This document shows positions 39,939-54,084 of a stretch of 64,000 nt of DNA, one piece after another; the first letter of the stretch is position 1, and the number at the start of each line of letters is the position of its first letter. The position numbers and the translations under genes are program-made. Source of the stretch: Bigelowiella natans CCMP2755 (lineage: Eukaryota; Protista; Cercozoa); the NCBI GenBank assembly GCA_000320545.1, contig ADNK01002594.1:1-64000 (forward strand). The letters run 5' to 3'. The notes beneath the pieces were generated by a model. That model made no database searches. It was not told where the DNA came from and worked only from the letters and a program-made list of their open reading frames with translations.

Positions 39939-41926
39939 CGCTCCCATTCCTCATTATTGGCACGATACGCATGTCCTGAAAATGGTAAGGAGCACCTTCG
40001 AAGATGAGCGGAAAAAATCGAGGAAATGTTCTGTCCGCATGATGCGTTTTCTCTCCGCAAGCGGTAATAGCTGAGCCTGCAGCATTGAGGGTGGGAGGTG
40101 GAAGAGAATGATGAGAATAACCATAGCGACTAAAGAACTCCTCCCCTAGGAGGGGAAGTGAAGGAATACATATACCTGAAACGCCTTTTCTTCTGCCCTT
40201 TCGTCTTCTATACTCTTGACTTCTGTCTTAATCTTTGTAGCGCCCTCAAAGCCAACCGAGCCCTCCTGGTCATCTATTAGAGTTGATTAATTCATCATCA
40301 TCACCCTCTTCAGGAGTGCACACCAGACATCCAGCCAACACAGACAATAGTGTGGTTTTTATTCTGTTTTTCATGTCAAAGTAAGTTGTAAGTAGCCAAT
40401 ACCTGGGCCACACCCAACCGAGTTCTTTAATGCTTTCTGAACATACGAAAGGGGGGGGAAAGCAAACACTTATGGCTCGGCTAATAAGAGACATCATCTA
40501 AGTGTTTCTAATGTGTTTATTTTTCTTATCCAATGCTGCTTCTGTTTCTTTTCAAATGTTTTACATCCAGCAGGTACATTCTATCATCTCGCAATCAAGC
40601 GTGCATTGGAACAGATATTCATTTTCAAAGATCGTCTTCATTTTCTCCCAGAGAAAGTGTTTCTGGAATACCTCTAACTCCTCCTTCAACTCTGCTTCCT
40701 TTTCCGTCTCTAGTTTGATTTGGATACCCTGCAAGATAAGACAGGAGAGGGAGGAGGAGAAGGAGGAGAAAGAACAACACGGATAAGCAAGTGACAGAAA
40801 TGGGCACAAGAGCTGACATACAACTTACTTTATCATAGCAAATGACGCGCGGCGCGGGCTGGATGTTGTGCGTAATCTTTGAGCTGAAACCTAATTCCGC
40901 CTTCTGGTGGTATTAAAGAGGGGGAATTGGGTAATAAAAGGCCATATGAATGTCAGAATGGAAGCAATGGTGACGTTGAATCGGCAGCAGCAGCAGGCCA
41001 TAACATTATCACATTGAAGAAATATCCCCGATCAAGAGTCGAGCCATGAAACGGAAATATCAACATTTTCGTTGTGAAAATCACAACTTGAGAAATTTGT
41101 AGTATTATGCTATATGATATACTTCCTTCTTTGCAGGGGACACTATGTGGCTGATACTCTTCAATACTTCCGATGCTTTCGCTGTGAGATTTACAGATTT
41201 TGCAGGGGTTGAAGCACCAGCATTTCCGTCGTTGCTATTCTCTGTTCCCCCACTAGTCGTCACTGGAGCTACACCCAAAACGTCAGTACCCGTTCTATTA
41301 ATAAAAGAAGAAGCGTTGTCAGGTAGACAATCAGATCTAAAAGGAATTGATTTGGGCTATGTATGAAGTGCCGCTTGCGCCACAGCAGAGGGTAAATCAT
41401 AGAGGAAAAATACAATGCCTATTTACTCAATGTCCTCCAACTCTCCAAATCCATCCTCACTTATTTGCCAAAAAATTAGGAAGGGGATGATTTTCCATAG
41501 AGTTTCCAAGTACCAAGAAACCAATTCAAACACACGCTCCTCAAACATCTTTTTATTAATGATATGGAGTGTAATTAAATCGAACGGCAGCAGCAGCAGC
41601 AATACAGTATATTCAAGGAACTGTTTTACAAAGCTTTTACTGCGACAGCGCAACGATTTTTTGTTTGAATCGGAATCCGATTCAAGATGAAATATTTCTA
41701 TTTCGATACGTTCTTACTTAACCTGCGTATTGCTCTGAAAATATACGCGAGGGGTGTTTTGTTTCTCTTACGTTGGGTCTTCGGTCTTCGCTACAGTACT
41801 TGCCATTGCTCTTCTTCTAGCCTCTTGCCGTTTCTTACGCTCTTCCTTCATCCTCTTCAGCCTAGCAAGGCGTTCCTCCTTCTTTTTCAGAAGCGCTTGC
41901 ATGTCCTCCTTCGTGTACCCGCTCAT
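35394..41926 (-). CDS. DYNC1I: Cytoplasmic dynein 1 intermediate chain (WD40)
   Basis: N-terminal coiled coil [33 protein letters not shown]; YDK|GIQ light-chain-binding-like motif; WD40 core [20 protein letters not shown]…[53 protein letters not shown]…[36 protein letters not shown]. The 3' end is approximate. Confidence 0.9.
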
Positions 41927-42317
41927 CTTTTCCCTTTCTAATTAATCTCCACTGGTAAATGGCAAGTAATAAAATATTAGAAATCACAGTGTTTCAATCA
42001 TTCGTGATCATAAATGGGGGTGGAAACTGTTAAATGTATATCATTGCATGTAGAAGGCCACTGCTCCCTTATCGTTTTAAAGTTTTCTGATTCTGGCATC
42101 TCTTTTAAATACAATCAATGCTAAAACCCAGTCAACGACATCCCATCGTTTTTTGGATTTTAATCATTTCGCTCCTTCGGCATAAAATAACCTCCCCTCT
42201 GGAGCGGTGCAGCAAACGGCAGGGGTGGGGGAGAGGCTGACCTGATTGGGCAACTGGATTGGACGAAAAATCTTGACACAAATTGTGTAAAAATACATGT
42301 GGTTTTCACCCTACGTC

Positions 42318-44375
42318 ATGGATGAAATGAAGCCTTTTGTGAAAGTGTTTTCTGTTGATCAGATGCTCACCTTTAAGCCCTCAGTTGGGACCTCTTCCAT
42401 GAAAGAACGCCTTAGACGAAAGGTCGGAATTTTTACATGTGCATTGTCGCAGGTTGAAAAATCACATTTGTTTGCACTGTTCTTCGTTGATTTGGTTGGA
42501 TTGTTGGGAGTCTCTGGTCTTGCAGCCTCCAAACCCCCCACTTCAAAATTTGCCTAACAAATTCTGTGTTCAGTAGGTTGGCCTGTTTCAGGTATTTCTA
42601 CTATTCATGGAAATCCTGAAATCCGAGCAGGGCAAATCCTAGATCTACTCATAGATCTACGACGTAAGAAATTTCCTGAGAAATTGGCGGGACGCTGTTT
42701 CATGTGTTGATACTTCCGTCGCATGTAAGCTAAGCTCCCTTTCGCCTTCCATAATTCGTTCTTCGAGGAGCATAGTAGGCCTAGGTAGACCATAAACCAC
42801 CATCCATGAAATCATCAACGACGTTGTCAGCAACCGTGCAAGGACAAGAAAAAGAGTTGAAAAATGAGGGATGCCGATTATCTGTGAGCGACGAAGTGAA
42901 TGAGGAAGTTGACGAGAAAGTAAAACCTAATCTTTCTGTCGATCCAATGGCGAAACGTCAAGATCAGTCGACACGTCCACAACCAAGAAAACGAAAGCGC
43001 AAAGGCAAGGAATATAATAATAAAAAGATCTTTATGAAGCTGAGTGTAATGCTTTGCCGATTACCGTATTCTAACATCGTCACCTCTCACAGTTAGTAAT
43101 ATCGAACTATGTCCGGTCAAAACTTTAAGAACTTGGGGAGATCTTTATAGCGCAAACTATCGTTGGTTTCAATCTGGCTTCAAGAAGTAGTATTCATTAT
43201 GTGCTAGAGACGAACCCTAATGTCTAAGCATGGCTATAACGCCCAGGTTGGATCTTTTACTTGGTGGAGGAATAAATACAGGAGAGGTGCTGGAAGTTGT
43301 TGGGTCATCATCCATCGGTAAAACGCAGGTAATATTTACAGTTGGTGGCAATTGTGAATCAAGTTTTTGGAATTTGTGAAATCCTAATCGCATCAATATT
43401 TTCATTATTTGGTTTCAATTTACCCTTCAGTTATGCCTGACTGTGGCCTCATATCTTGCCGCTGTTTCACAAGACTCTATCATTTATGTTGACACGGCAA
43501 ACACATTTTCTCCAACTCGAGTTCAAACCTTATATCAAGCGTTCACCACAAAGGTATCTAATCGGAGATTGGAACTTCCTGCATATATGATTTGACATGA
43601 TTGGTTGAATAGCCGCTGCGACAAGGATTAAAGCAGATCAAAGTGTACAAGGCGGTAAATGCATTTGCGTTGAATACGGTCCTTGAAGAAATCAAATCGA
43701 AACTTCAAAATAGGGTTATGTTTCTTTCGAACGCTGTTACGTTTAGATTCTAATGTAAAATGTTTCAGAACGATCCATTCTTTCGGAGATTACGCCTTTT
43801 AATCATAGATTCCATTGGAATAATTGCTCCCTTTACCAAAAAATTTAGAGGTAATCTCTGCGACTACAAAAACAACATTTTAGAGTTGTATACATCTGTC
43901 TTATTCCTACAGGACTTGCTCTAATGGCTGAGACAGGAAGAAGAATTCAAACTTTAGCTCAGAGATTCAACCTTGCACTTCTGGTTGGTATACGTAAGCT
44001 TCGTTTGCACAGTAAATTCGCATTAAATTGATTTATTTTCAACAGGTGATAAACAGCACCGTCCGAGCTGAAGGACCAACTGCATTGAAACCAGCTTTGG
44101 GTCATCTATCCGAGACTTAAGATTATCACAAGTACTAAATTATGTTTTCGCATAGGGGAGACGTGGAGTCACTTCGCAGATGCTAGAATATCGATGTATT
44201 TCAATCCACTGAACAAAAGCGAACGATTGATGGCCTTAGTGAAGTCACATAATATGGTGAGAAGATCTTCGATTATTTTGTGATACTATCTAAATATTTA
44301 CACCTAAATATTTTCAAACAGAAACTTGGGTCTTGTATCAAATTTTCGTTTAACGACGTAGGACAATTATCGTAG
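42318..44375 (+). CDS. RAD51D: RAD51 paralog D-like recombination protein
   Basis: Spliced LDLLLGGGINTGEVLEVVGSSSIGKTQ|LCLTVA…IIYVDTANTFSPTR (Walker A), LRLLIIDSI (Walker B), LKPALG|ETWSHFADARI…LVKS, the C-terminal pattern typical of RAD51D. Confidence 0.8.
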
Positions 44376-44924
44376 TATTAACTATATACGGAGCAGTATT
44401 ACTACAAAATTTTTCGATCAGAAGTCATTGCTATGTTAAATAATTGGAATAGTAAGCAGAACTTCACCCTAATCCATTACATCGCTCACATGCAAGTGTG
44501 CAAGCTATACCTGGCGAAGATACAGCGCAGTAATAGTAGTCGTACGTTCATGCGCCTTCGACACGCCTTTAATAGGCCATGCTAGCATGAGCTTAAATTC
44601 ATACCCTTGACAGATAATGCGCTCGAGGCGTTCGATAGCCGAATATTCACACTAGCTTGTCCGCTAATATACGCCTTAAGTACGCAGCATTTATAATTTG
44701 CATAATTCGCCAAGAATATTATGCATACAACTTTATAGCTAGTCCGCACATACTTGTATAACGTGAATACATGAACACACACGAAGCGCATGTACATAGC
44801 ATATGAATGCACCTGCATGCAAAGAAATGCGTTGCAAGAACAAAAATTGGAGACTCCACATGAAGTAATGAACGTATTATTTGCGTCACAATCGTATTTG
44901 ATGTTTTCTCCTTCAAGCGACGTG

Positions 44925-46722
44925 CTATAATCCAGAATTAGATTCCCCAGAGTGAATATTTTCTAACCCAGGGAGCATCTACAAAAATGAAAATTAATAT
45001 AATTAAGACTGAAACGGAAACTTGATACCTTCTTCACAATATGATCCGCCCAATTTCTGTAACCTGATGAAAACTAAAATTATAATCTTCGTTTATGCTT
45101 CCAACCCATTTTTATAATACCCTTTTCACTCGGATGTATTCCATCTATAGCCCAGTCATCCTCTTTGTAGTGCTCTGGCTCGCGAATGAATTTCACTTCG
45201 TTTTCCTTAGCCCAATTATTCGCCAAAACAATTAATTTTGACTATTAAGATTCAGAATTATGCTTGTACCTCCCCAGAGAGTAAGTGTTTTTGATGGTCC
45301 CAAATCTTAGCCACCTAGTGAGATTGATTCAATTAACTATCCTCCAACTCTGTCAGTCTATAATAAACCTTGTAAAGTATCTGGTTTAACGGAAATAATG
45401 GTTTGAACAATGGTGCGCGATCTATAGGTAGTGCTGGGAGAACGATCTGGAGAGAAGTAAAGAAGCCATGGCAAGTTTAAGTCTATGATAAATACTCCCA
45501 GTCATCTTTTGGTAAATCCACCCGAGCTTGCTCTCCAACGACGATTTTAATCTCTCGAATTAATTTCTGTCAGAAGTATATAATTCAGACACGTAGAGGA
45601 GAAATAATGATGAAAGTGACAACCCGAAGATCCTCTTTGAAACTGGAAGGCATTCGCCCCTCTTGGACCAGGCGCTTGTAGTCATTCAGCCCACACATTA
45701 TCACAACTGCTGTGACCTGCACCAGCATAAACTCAGAATTTGGTGATATTTTTATCCTCTCGAGTACGTTTATGATTTTATGTTCGTGGATTACTCAAGA
45801 AGTAATATAAACCTTTGAGCTATCTTTTCCTACAGTCTCCTCCATCTCCTTTACGAGCTTCTCGCGCATACTGTTCACATCCCCCCCATCAATTCCAAGA
45901 ACCTTTTGCAGATTAATTTATATTGTGAGTATATACGACTAGATTCCCTATAATTAATTCTCACTCTCCAACACACGCGCTTTTTCAATGCCCGTGCCGC
46001 AACTCTCGATATATGACGCGCAAAAACCGGGCCTTCTTGACGATCAGGACACCCAATTCCAATCACCTAAGGTTCCAGTGTTCAAGATAACGTACATTTT
46101 ATCGACGTAGATGAGAAGGGCTGTATATTACCAAGGAATCACCCAAGAAGAGAATCTGGATTTCTTCGAGGTTCTTTTTGTCTCCGTCTTTGACATCCGG
46201 TTCCTGTTTTACGACTGTTCTTAGGCATCGAGCACCTATTCTTCGAAATTGCTACCTCTACTCCGTATAAAGCTCCCTTAGGAGGTGTTAGAGGAACGTA
46301 ATCGTTCCGCAAGTGGTAGTATTGCCAGACTGATACCCCCTGCAAAGAACAGAGTAGGGTACTTGTAGGCAGTGATTGGAGAGTCGACTATCCACTAATG
46401 TTAACCTAATGTTAGCCTAACCCTTCCCTTCTCTTTCTACATCTACCCCAAAAAGTGTTGCAGCTCCTGCGAAGCCTCGGCTCGCTCTTTGCCAGAATGT
46501 TGTCTGAACCACACCACTAGATCAGCTGTCCTCCATGGTACTTCATTCGACAGGGAAAAATAGCCTGTTCTCCCTCTACGACGATTTGGACATAACCTTC
46601 CTAGACTGGCCTGGTTTTTGATGGAATGTGCTCATACAACTCTTCTCCTTCCTGGTGATACGCCTTCGTGTGCTGGATCGCGTCATCGCTCCAGCGGCTC
46701 GACGCCATCGCTGCATTCTCAT
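44925..46722 (-). CDS. GDSL/SGNH hydrolase (lipase/esterase-like)
   Basis: Spliced blocks: ILFLGDSL|VIGIG (block I), GIDGG (block II), VIMCGLND (block III), WAIDGIHPSEKG|YRNWADHI (block V). The start is approximate. Confidence 0.8.
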
Positions 46723-47471
46723 CGTGCAGACCGATGCAAGAGGATGATTACAAATCCTTTATGGAATCTGCAGATCATTTAGGATATTATCCCGGTATAA
46801 TTTGTCCTTAATATTCCGGCGCTGTTTTGTTTCAATCAGCAAAAAGGAACGTTCTGTCCTCCTCCAGGCGACAAGAGTTTTTGGAAGTCGCAAGTCGAAA
46901 AGGCTACTAGCCTCCTCTTCGGGATTGAGATCTTCCTATTTCAGAGTAGCGACAACAATATATGCTTGTCGCAGTTCTGAAATAGACAACTGCGGCTGGC
47001 GCGTTGCTAGAAGGAGGAGGAGGTACGGCGCCCCTTCCTAACATTTTCCAATTCCAAAACACTGCATTGACGTGGTAAAAATGTTGGGCACCTTCACAAA
47101 TACAACATTTTTAATGATTGAATCCACTAGCGAAAAACTTTAGAGTAAATTGATTCGGACAGTAGAACGATCATCAGCATGGTTCTCTGCTGTCGTTTCG
47201 CAGCATTGTGTTGCAAACACATGGTTGCAAAAAATTGCAATGAAAGGACCCCTCAGCACTGTAAAGGCCTAGAAATAACGGATTGGGAATTTCTAATTGC
47301 CCATATGAATAATCTTTCACACTATCTCCTGAAGAACCAGAAACGAAAGGGTGTTTTATGGGATGCATTATAGAATAAAGAAATTTATGAAGGGAAAAGG
47401 TTGTATGGTGATACGAGCTGAGAATTTTATTTTTTTGTGCTTCACAGTGATTTTTTCGAAGAATACTTGCG

Positions 47472-48405
47472 ATGGCAATGACTCCAGCGAAGAGAAGGTT
47501 GATGCGCGACTTTCGTCGCCTTCAGCAGGATCCACCTCAAGGCGTAACAGGAGCGCCAGAAGAATCAAACATCCTCAAATGGAGTGCAGTTATATTCGGG
47601 TAGAAAGTTATGAATGACCACAGTTATATAGTATTTCCATCACACAAAAGAAGCCTTTATTCTTTAAAAAAACCATTAGTCCCCTGAAACGAATGCAATT
47701 GAGAGGTTTACTGTTTCGTAAATCTGCAAAGTTGTTGATCCTATTTATGGTGTAATTGAGCATCTGTGTGCTTAACATATGTGAATTTTGATGGAAAATA
47801 GACCTGATGACACCCCCTGGGAAGGTGGGACCTTCAAGCTGACCCTAGAGTTCACAGAGGACTACCCAAACAAACCTCCAAAAGTCGTCTTCGTTACCAA
47901 GATGTTCCACCCAAACAGTAATTAGAATTTCACCCCTTATTGACCAAAAATCAAGTTGAATGTGATGATCGAACTTGACTTTGTATTCGTTCTTTCTATT
48001 TCAGTCTATGCGAACGGACAGATATGCCTTGATATTCTCCAAAATCAATGGAGCCCTATCTACGACATTGCTGCTATTCTCACCTCGATACAGTCACTCT
48101 TAACCGACCCAAACCCTAATTCTCCGGCAAACGTAGAAGCCGCCAAGCTGTACCAAAGCAACAGAAGGGAGTATGATAGAAAAGTTATGAAGTTTGTAGA
48201 AGATAGCTGGGATGACGATGACGACGAGGATGATGATGAAGATGAGGATGAAGATGATGAAAAAGAGGCAACAGAAAAAGAGAAGGAAGTAGAGGCGAAA
48301 AATGCTGCTACTAGTTCAGCTGATGATCAAAAACAGGCGGAACAAAAGGAAGGAAATAATATGGCTGAAGAAAAATCTAGTAATACCCCTTCTTCGTCGT
48401 CGTGA
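47472..48405 (+). CDS. RAD6: Ubiquitin-conjugating enzyme E2 RAD6/UBC2 (3 exons) with acidic tail
   Basis: [29 protein letters not shown]…VIFG|[13 protein letters not shown]…MFHPN|[47 protein letters not shown]. Confidence 0.95.
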
Positions 48406-49032
48406 CCCTAGTAGTAGTATCGTAGGAGCTGGCAACCACATAATTACAATTACATGCAAAGGGTGAAATAGTCACATTAATTCATGAACTTAATAAAAGG
48501 CAGCGCTCATGCGTGTGGTGGATTGATGATTGCTCTGAATGTCGTATCATGTAGAGATAACGGGCGGCAGCACATGTCTAGACATTTATTCACAGCAAAA
48601 CCCCCTCAACATGCCGAAAGAGTGCAAAATCTTCATGCATGTACAATGCGCTCATCAAAGGATGCTAGCGCATGCGTTGATCATGTCAGCTGTACGTCCA
48701 ACAACTGTTTCTTTCCTATCGCATGCATGCATGTGTATGCTTCCATCAATTTTTGCGTCATGCGTGATATGTAACTGAGACGTCAACTGCATGGTATCCA
48801 GAAGTTAGCACGGTCAATGTCATTTGTGGTAGACTAGCACGCTACACATGATAGGCCCTAGCTGTGTACATTCCATCCCGGCATATGCTAGATGCGTTGT
48901 CGTTCATGAAACGGCAATGGCATCATTCATTGATCGAATCCAACATCTAGACATGACCGTGCCATGGCACAGCTGGGCAATTATGCATGAAATTTCTATA
49001 ATACTTGACCACAGCTACAACTTCGAGCTTTT

Positions 49033-50176
49033 TCAATCGCCATCTTTGACAAATCGATAGAATCTGAAATCGGAAAGAAGTGAAGGCCCAATACTGACAT
49101 GTTAATCATGCTGAATTTTGAGAAGGTTGAGAGTTAGCAGAATGTGGAGCAACACCATCTCACCTTCCGCTCGAGTCTTCGAATGGCTTCGATTGGTGTT
49201 CGGGATGCACCTCTTCTATCAATCCTAGTTCTCTCAGGAACTCTCCTATCACGAGGCCGTGGGTTCTGTCTGTTGCCCAACCCGAGCTCAACTATGCAGT
49301 AGCAGCAAAGAGATGGAGATAATAATGCACACGTACAGTTGAGATATTTCGCAGGAGGGTTGCAAAGGGAGAAGGGAAAGGATAAGTTGTTCGTGCACAA
49401 CGGCTCACTGACCATCCAGTCGCAGAATCCATTTCCCTTAAAGCACTGCTTATGCTTGCCCAAATGCATACGTCTAATGAAACCGGTCGATTATAATGAA
49501 GAAGTAAGTTAGATCACGAGCACTTCTCCATGATAATCTTGCAATTGTTACTGGCAATCCTTTACAACCACCGCTAATCTCCCCCCCGCCCCCTCCCTCC
49601 GTTCTCTTTTCCCCACAAAAAAACGGAAGAAACATATAATGGATTGTGGCGTTCACAAAAATTCGCAACAAACAACCGCACCTTTTCCTGTCGCGGATGT
49701 CCAAACCAGTATCCTGAATCAAACCATTTTCCACATTAACACACACTTTAATAAAACGCAGAAGCTAAAAACAAATTCGCATTTCAAAGACACTGCCTTG
49801 ACAGATCTCTTTGCTACGGACAGACAATTTGTACAAATTGCAGGCTCAGAAACTAATCGATGACAACCTTCGCTGTGAGACTGGCGAGAAGCTCTGGAAT
49901 CTTGCTCACGGGAAGTGGCAGCGGTGCCGATGACTCAAAGCTGTGGAGGGGGTACGAGAAGCGAGATGGACAAAAGAAAAAATTGAATAATGAAAAGCAG
50001 AGCTCTCTTTGTCATTCATAGAAGAAGAAGATGATGATGAAGAAGAAGGAGGAGGATAGGCTTACGCATGTGGGGAACGTGGTCGGACCATAGATCCCTT
50101 GGTTGAACGTCTCATCTTTCGGGATAACTAGCATCAAGGGCGACGGGAAGGGAGGAGAAGAATAAGAAAGGAAAGG

Positions 50177-50230
<54 letters not shown>

Positions 50231-50477
50231 ATATAAATTAGGAGTGAGAAGAATATTTGCATTCACATCCTCAAATAAACTCAGGGCGCATATATAAAAT
50301 GGCAGTACACCTTCGGTGTGCTCGGCGACTTCGAGCCTCTACTACGTCTACTGAAGTCCTTGCCCAGCTCTGGCCTCCAACTCCTAAAAGGAGGGGAACA
50401 GAAGAGAGAAAGAAAGAAACGAGATGGACAAGTTAGATAATATCTAGTTCAAAACTAACGAATTCTTTTTGGGCTAG

Positions 50478-50516
<39 letters not shown>

Positions 50517-51562
50517 TTATAAATACAGATAGACGTCTGGTCTGTATTTCATCATTTCCCCTCCTCTCTCTCATTGTCCTCATCTTCTTCATTTTCTTTT
50601 TCTTCTTAATCTTCTTCTTCTCCGACCTGGTGCCTGTGAACATCCTGAAGATCACGTTGGGAGGCTTTGCACTTGGGGTTTCACCTAATCCGGGAACCTG
50701 ATATCGACGTTGTCATTTGTTCGTAGAGGAGAAAAAGGCAGAGGGGGAGGGGGAGGAGGAGGAGGAGGAGGAGGAGGAGGAGTAAATCGCAGAAGGAAGG
50801 ATCGACGAAGACATACAGACAAGTAAAGAATTTGAGAGACCGTTTCCTCAGCCTTCAACTTGATATTATTCACTGCGTATGCGGCCGCGTGCTGGCAGTT
50901 CCCCGTGATGTGCTTAAATTGGCCCTAAGAATGATATGCGACGACAATAATAAAAAATAATGATGATGATGATGATGATGATTTTAAATGAATGACTTGA
51001 CTACAAAATATACGAAAGACATGCAATCAATCACCAGAAGATCTGCGCTACCTTTGTCATTTCAAACATGCTGTCCTTCGTATTAAGCACCCATTTCTGG
51101 AGGATTAATGGCATTTGGAAGTAAAAGACCGTATTTATAAGGGAGGAAACATATGGAGAAGAAGGACTTGTGGTGGCGCAATGCATTGCATTTTCATGCA
51201 AAAGCAAACGTCTTATCGTAAAGTAACAAAGGAAGCTCACGTTGTGGATCTCTTCAATCTTCTTCGCCTCCTCAGAGCCCCTGAGCAATGTTCTCAATTC
51301 AGTACACAGCAAAGGAATACAATAAGATACAATAGGTTTTCAGCGATACGGTATTATATAATCTTTCTTCGCCCCCCCCCCCCCCCCCCCCGGCCCTACT
51401 ACTCTTTCCTGACCTCCAAACTGCGAATCGGACGGGGGCTTGGTTTCCGTTTGTCATCGTGATTCTCCACGGCTTCTTCCCCTCATTGAAGGATATCGTT
51501 CTGTAATATGTGATCACCTGCGCAAGTAGAGCGAGAATGATAAAATAAGATATATTAATACA

Positions 51563-51599
<37 letters not shown>

Positions 51600-52419
51600 T
51601 GTGTATGTCTTATGTCTGAGACAGCTAGAGTTTGAAGAAATAGTAGCTATACTACTAATACTACTACCACTACTACAGTGATGGATGAAACTACTCCGTT
51701 GGGAAGTAGGAATGAGTAGGAACCATGGTTTGACCATCTTACACTATACATAAACCTGCTCGCTGTCATTCCAAACTTCATTGTGATCCTTTTGGCGGTA
51801 GTGGCGCACGGCGCACCTGAAACCACGCATATGATATTTGCATACATCACGGTTAATAAACCTTTCAAGATATATTATATGCAATGCACGCGCGCGCATG
51901 TGCGTAAATGTTAGAGGCACATATATTAGATTCAATCGAGTTCCTTCCCCTCCCAATGTATTAAGACTCACCATGGTTTCGCTTCAACCTCCACAAGATC
52001 CACCACGGTTTGGTGTATAATCTAACCATTGGATTGAGGGCAAATCTCAGAAATATGCATGTCTTATTAGCTTCAGAGAAAAAGAGTATCTTCTTCTTCT
52101 TCTTCTTCTTCTTCTTGACAACTACTCTCAGAAGAAGCACGGAGAAAGCGTGGCTATCTACAGCGTGGAGATTTATCAAGTAGCAATTTGCTGCTCTCTA
52201 CTACTCGATTGTTGTCCATCATCATCTCGGATTCACATCGATGATATACACATTTCCAAAATTTTCTGTGAATGCGGTTGCTGCTTGTATTTGAATATCT
52301 TCTTCTAGACTATTTAATTCTGCAACTATTATCGTTGTTCTGCTAAAAAGAAGATGATGTTTCTCAACCTTTCCTTGATCCCGTGTTTCGACCAAAACGC
52401 CACTGACACACACACACAC

Positions 52420-52466
<47 letters not shown>

Positions 52467-52837
52467 CTATATATTCACTATGGAGAGCAAAAAGCAGAAT
52501 CAGCATCTATCTACCATACTATACCTATGTGTTATGAGGCCTGTTTTCCTCACCAGTGGATGCGTGTACTCAATATTGTCCACCTGCACACACATAGTAG
52601 TCATTGCAGACGAATTTCGTTATTGTAGGGGGGTTTAAACGACGTTGTGATTTATGATGTACTCACTATGCTATTCATGTGTGTTACCTGGCTGATGTAG
52701 CACACGGCCATTGTTTCTTTGAAGTTTTCAATCTCCTCTTTGCTGGCCTTATCATCGTATCCGTCCAACGGCACGACTTTAAGGCCTGAGGAGGTTGGAA
52801 CGAGATGATGTATTTATGCAAAAACAATTGTAGCACG

Positions 52838-52879
<42 letters not shown>

Positions 52880-54005
52880 CGCGCGCGCACAGAGAAATAC
52901 AAATACAAATACAAATACAATTATATAGTTTGTGTGTGTGGTTGTGTGCGGCGATGAATCTGCGAGTAATTACTACCTTTCCACTTCTGTGATGGGTATG
53001 GGCTGCTGGGAGAGTCTATCTCGAGGCGTGGCTAATAGCACCCCACCGCAACAACAGCCAACATAAAACCCACGCAAGAACATATCATGAGTATAAGCAA
53101 AATGAAGGCGTGTGAGACTGTGCATCACGATGAAGTCCAAACATGATCATCCTCCTCCTCCTCCTCATCATCATCAGCGCCGTCGTGAGCGCCACTGTTC
53201 TCTCATTGCTTTGTTTTCGCATCATCAATCGCATCTGATCAAATCTCATCTTGGGGGTGTATGGTGATGTCCAACCGGCTTGTCAAGATCAGGGCCGGAT
53301 ATGCTCTGGATCAAGAGCTAATAGCAGTAGTAGTAGTAGTAGTAGTAGTATCAGGTAATAGTGAGACAGTCGATGATTCCAATGTGAATAATGATGCCTC
53401 CCCTCCCTTTCCCCATATTACTACTGCTACTTCTACTACTACTACTGTAAAACCTGACGGACTGAGAGAAGCAGCAGGAAACAATGATGACCTGTAACAC
53501 ATCACCATACACATAATGCTTCAATAAATACACAAGCTTTAGTTATTTTGGTCGTATTTACATGCACACACACACGCACACACGCACACACGCACACACG
53601 CACACACGCACACAATTAAATCAATGTTTGAAGTAATCGCACATACTCGGGAGTCCAGAGAGAAAAGTCGTTTTAAGCATTCTTTGGCCTTTTTTCACCT
53701 AAAATCGAAGGGGGATCCCCCAAATGGGGAGATCCCCCCCCCCCCCCCCCCCCCCCCCCTCTCATTTATATATATATTAAAAACTCGATCCAAATATCCA
53801 AATATTGATCCTGTTTTCTAAGCCTACAACGCACATAGTCGTCCTCCTCCATAGAGACTGCTACTTGTAGAGATGATGAAGAAGAACCATTCATAGCAGC
53901 GACGGAACCACCCTCTTCTTTATCTTCATCGCCTGTTGATCTTCCTTCCTTTAATTGCTTCTCCGTGTCCGTTTCCCAAAGGCCTCTCATTTCCTTTTCG
54001 AGTCC

Positions 54006-54084
<79 letters not shown>

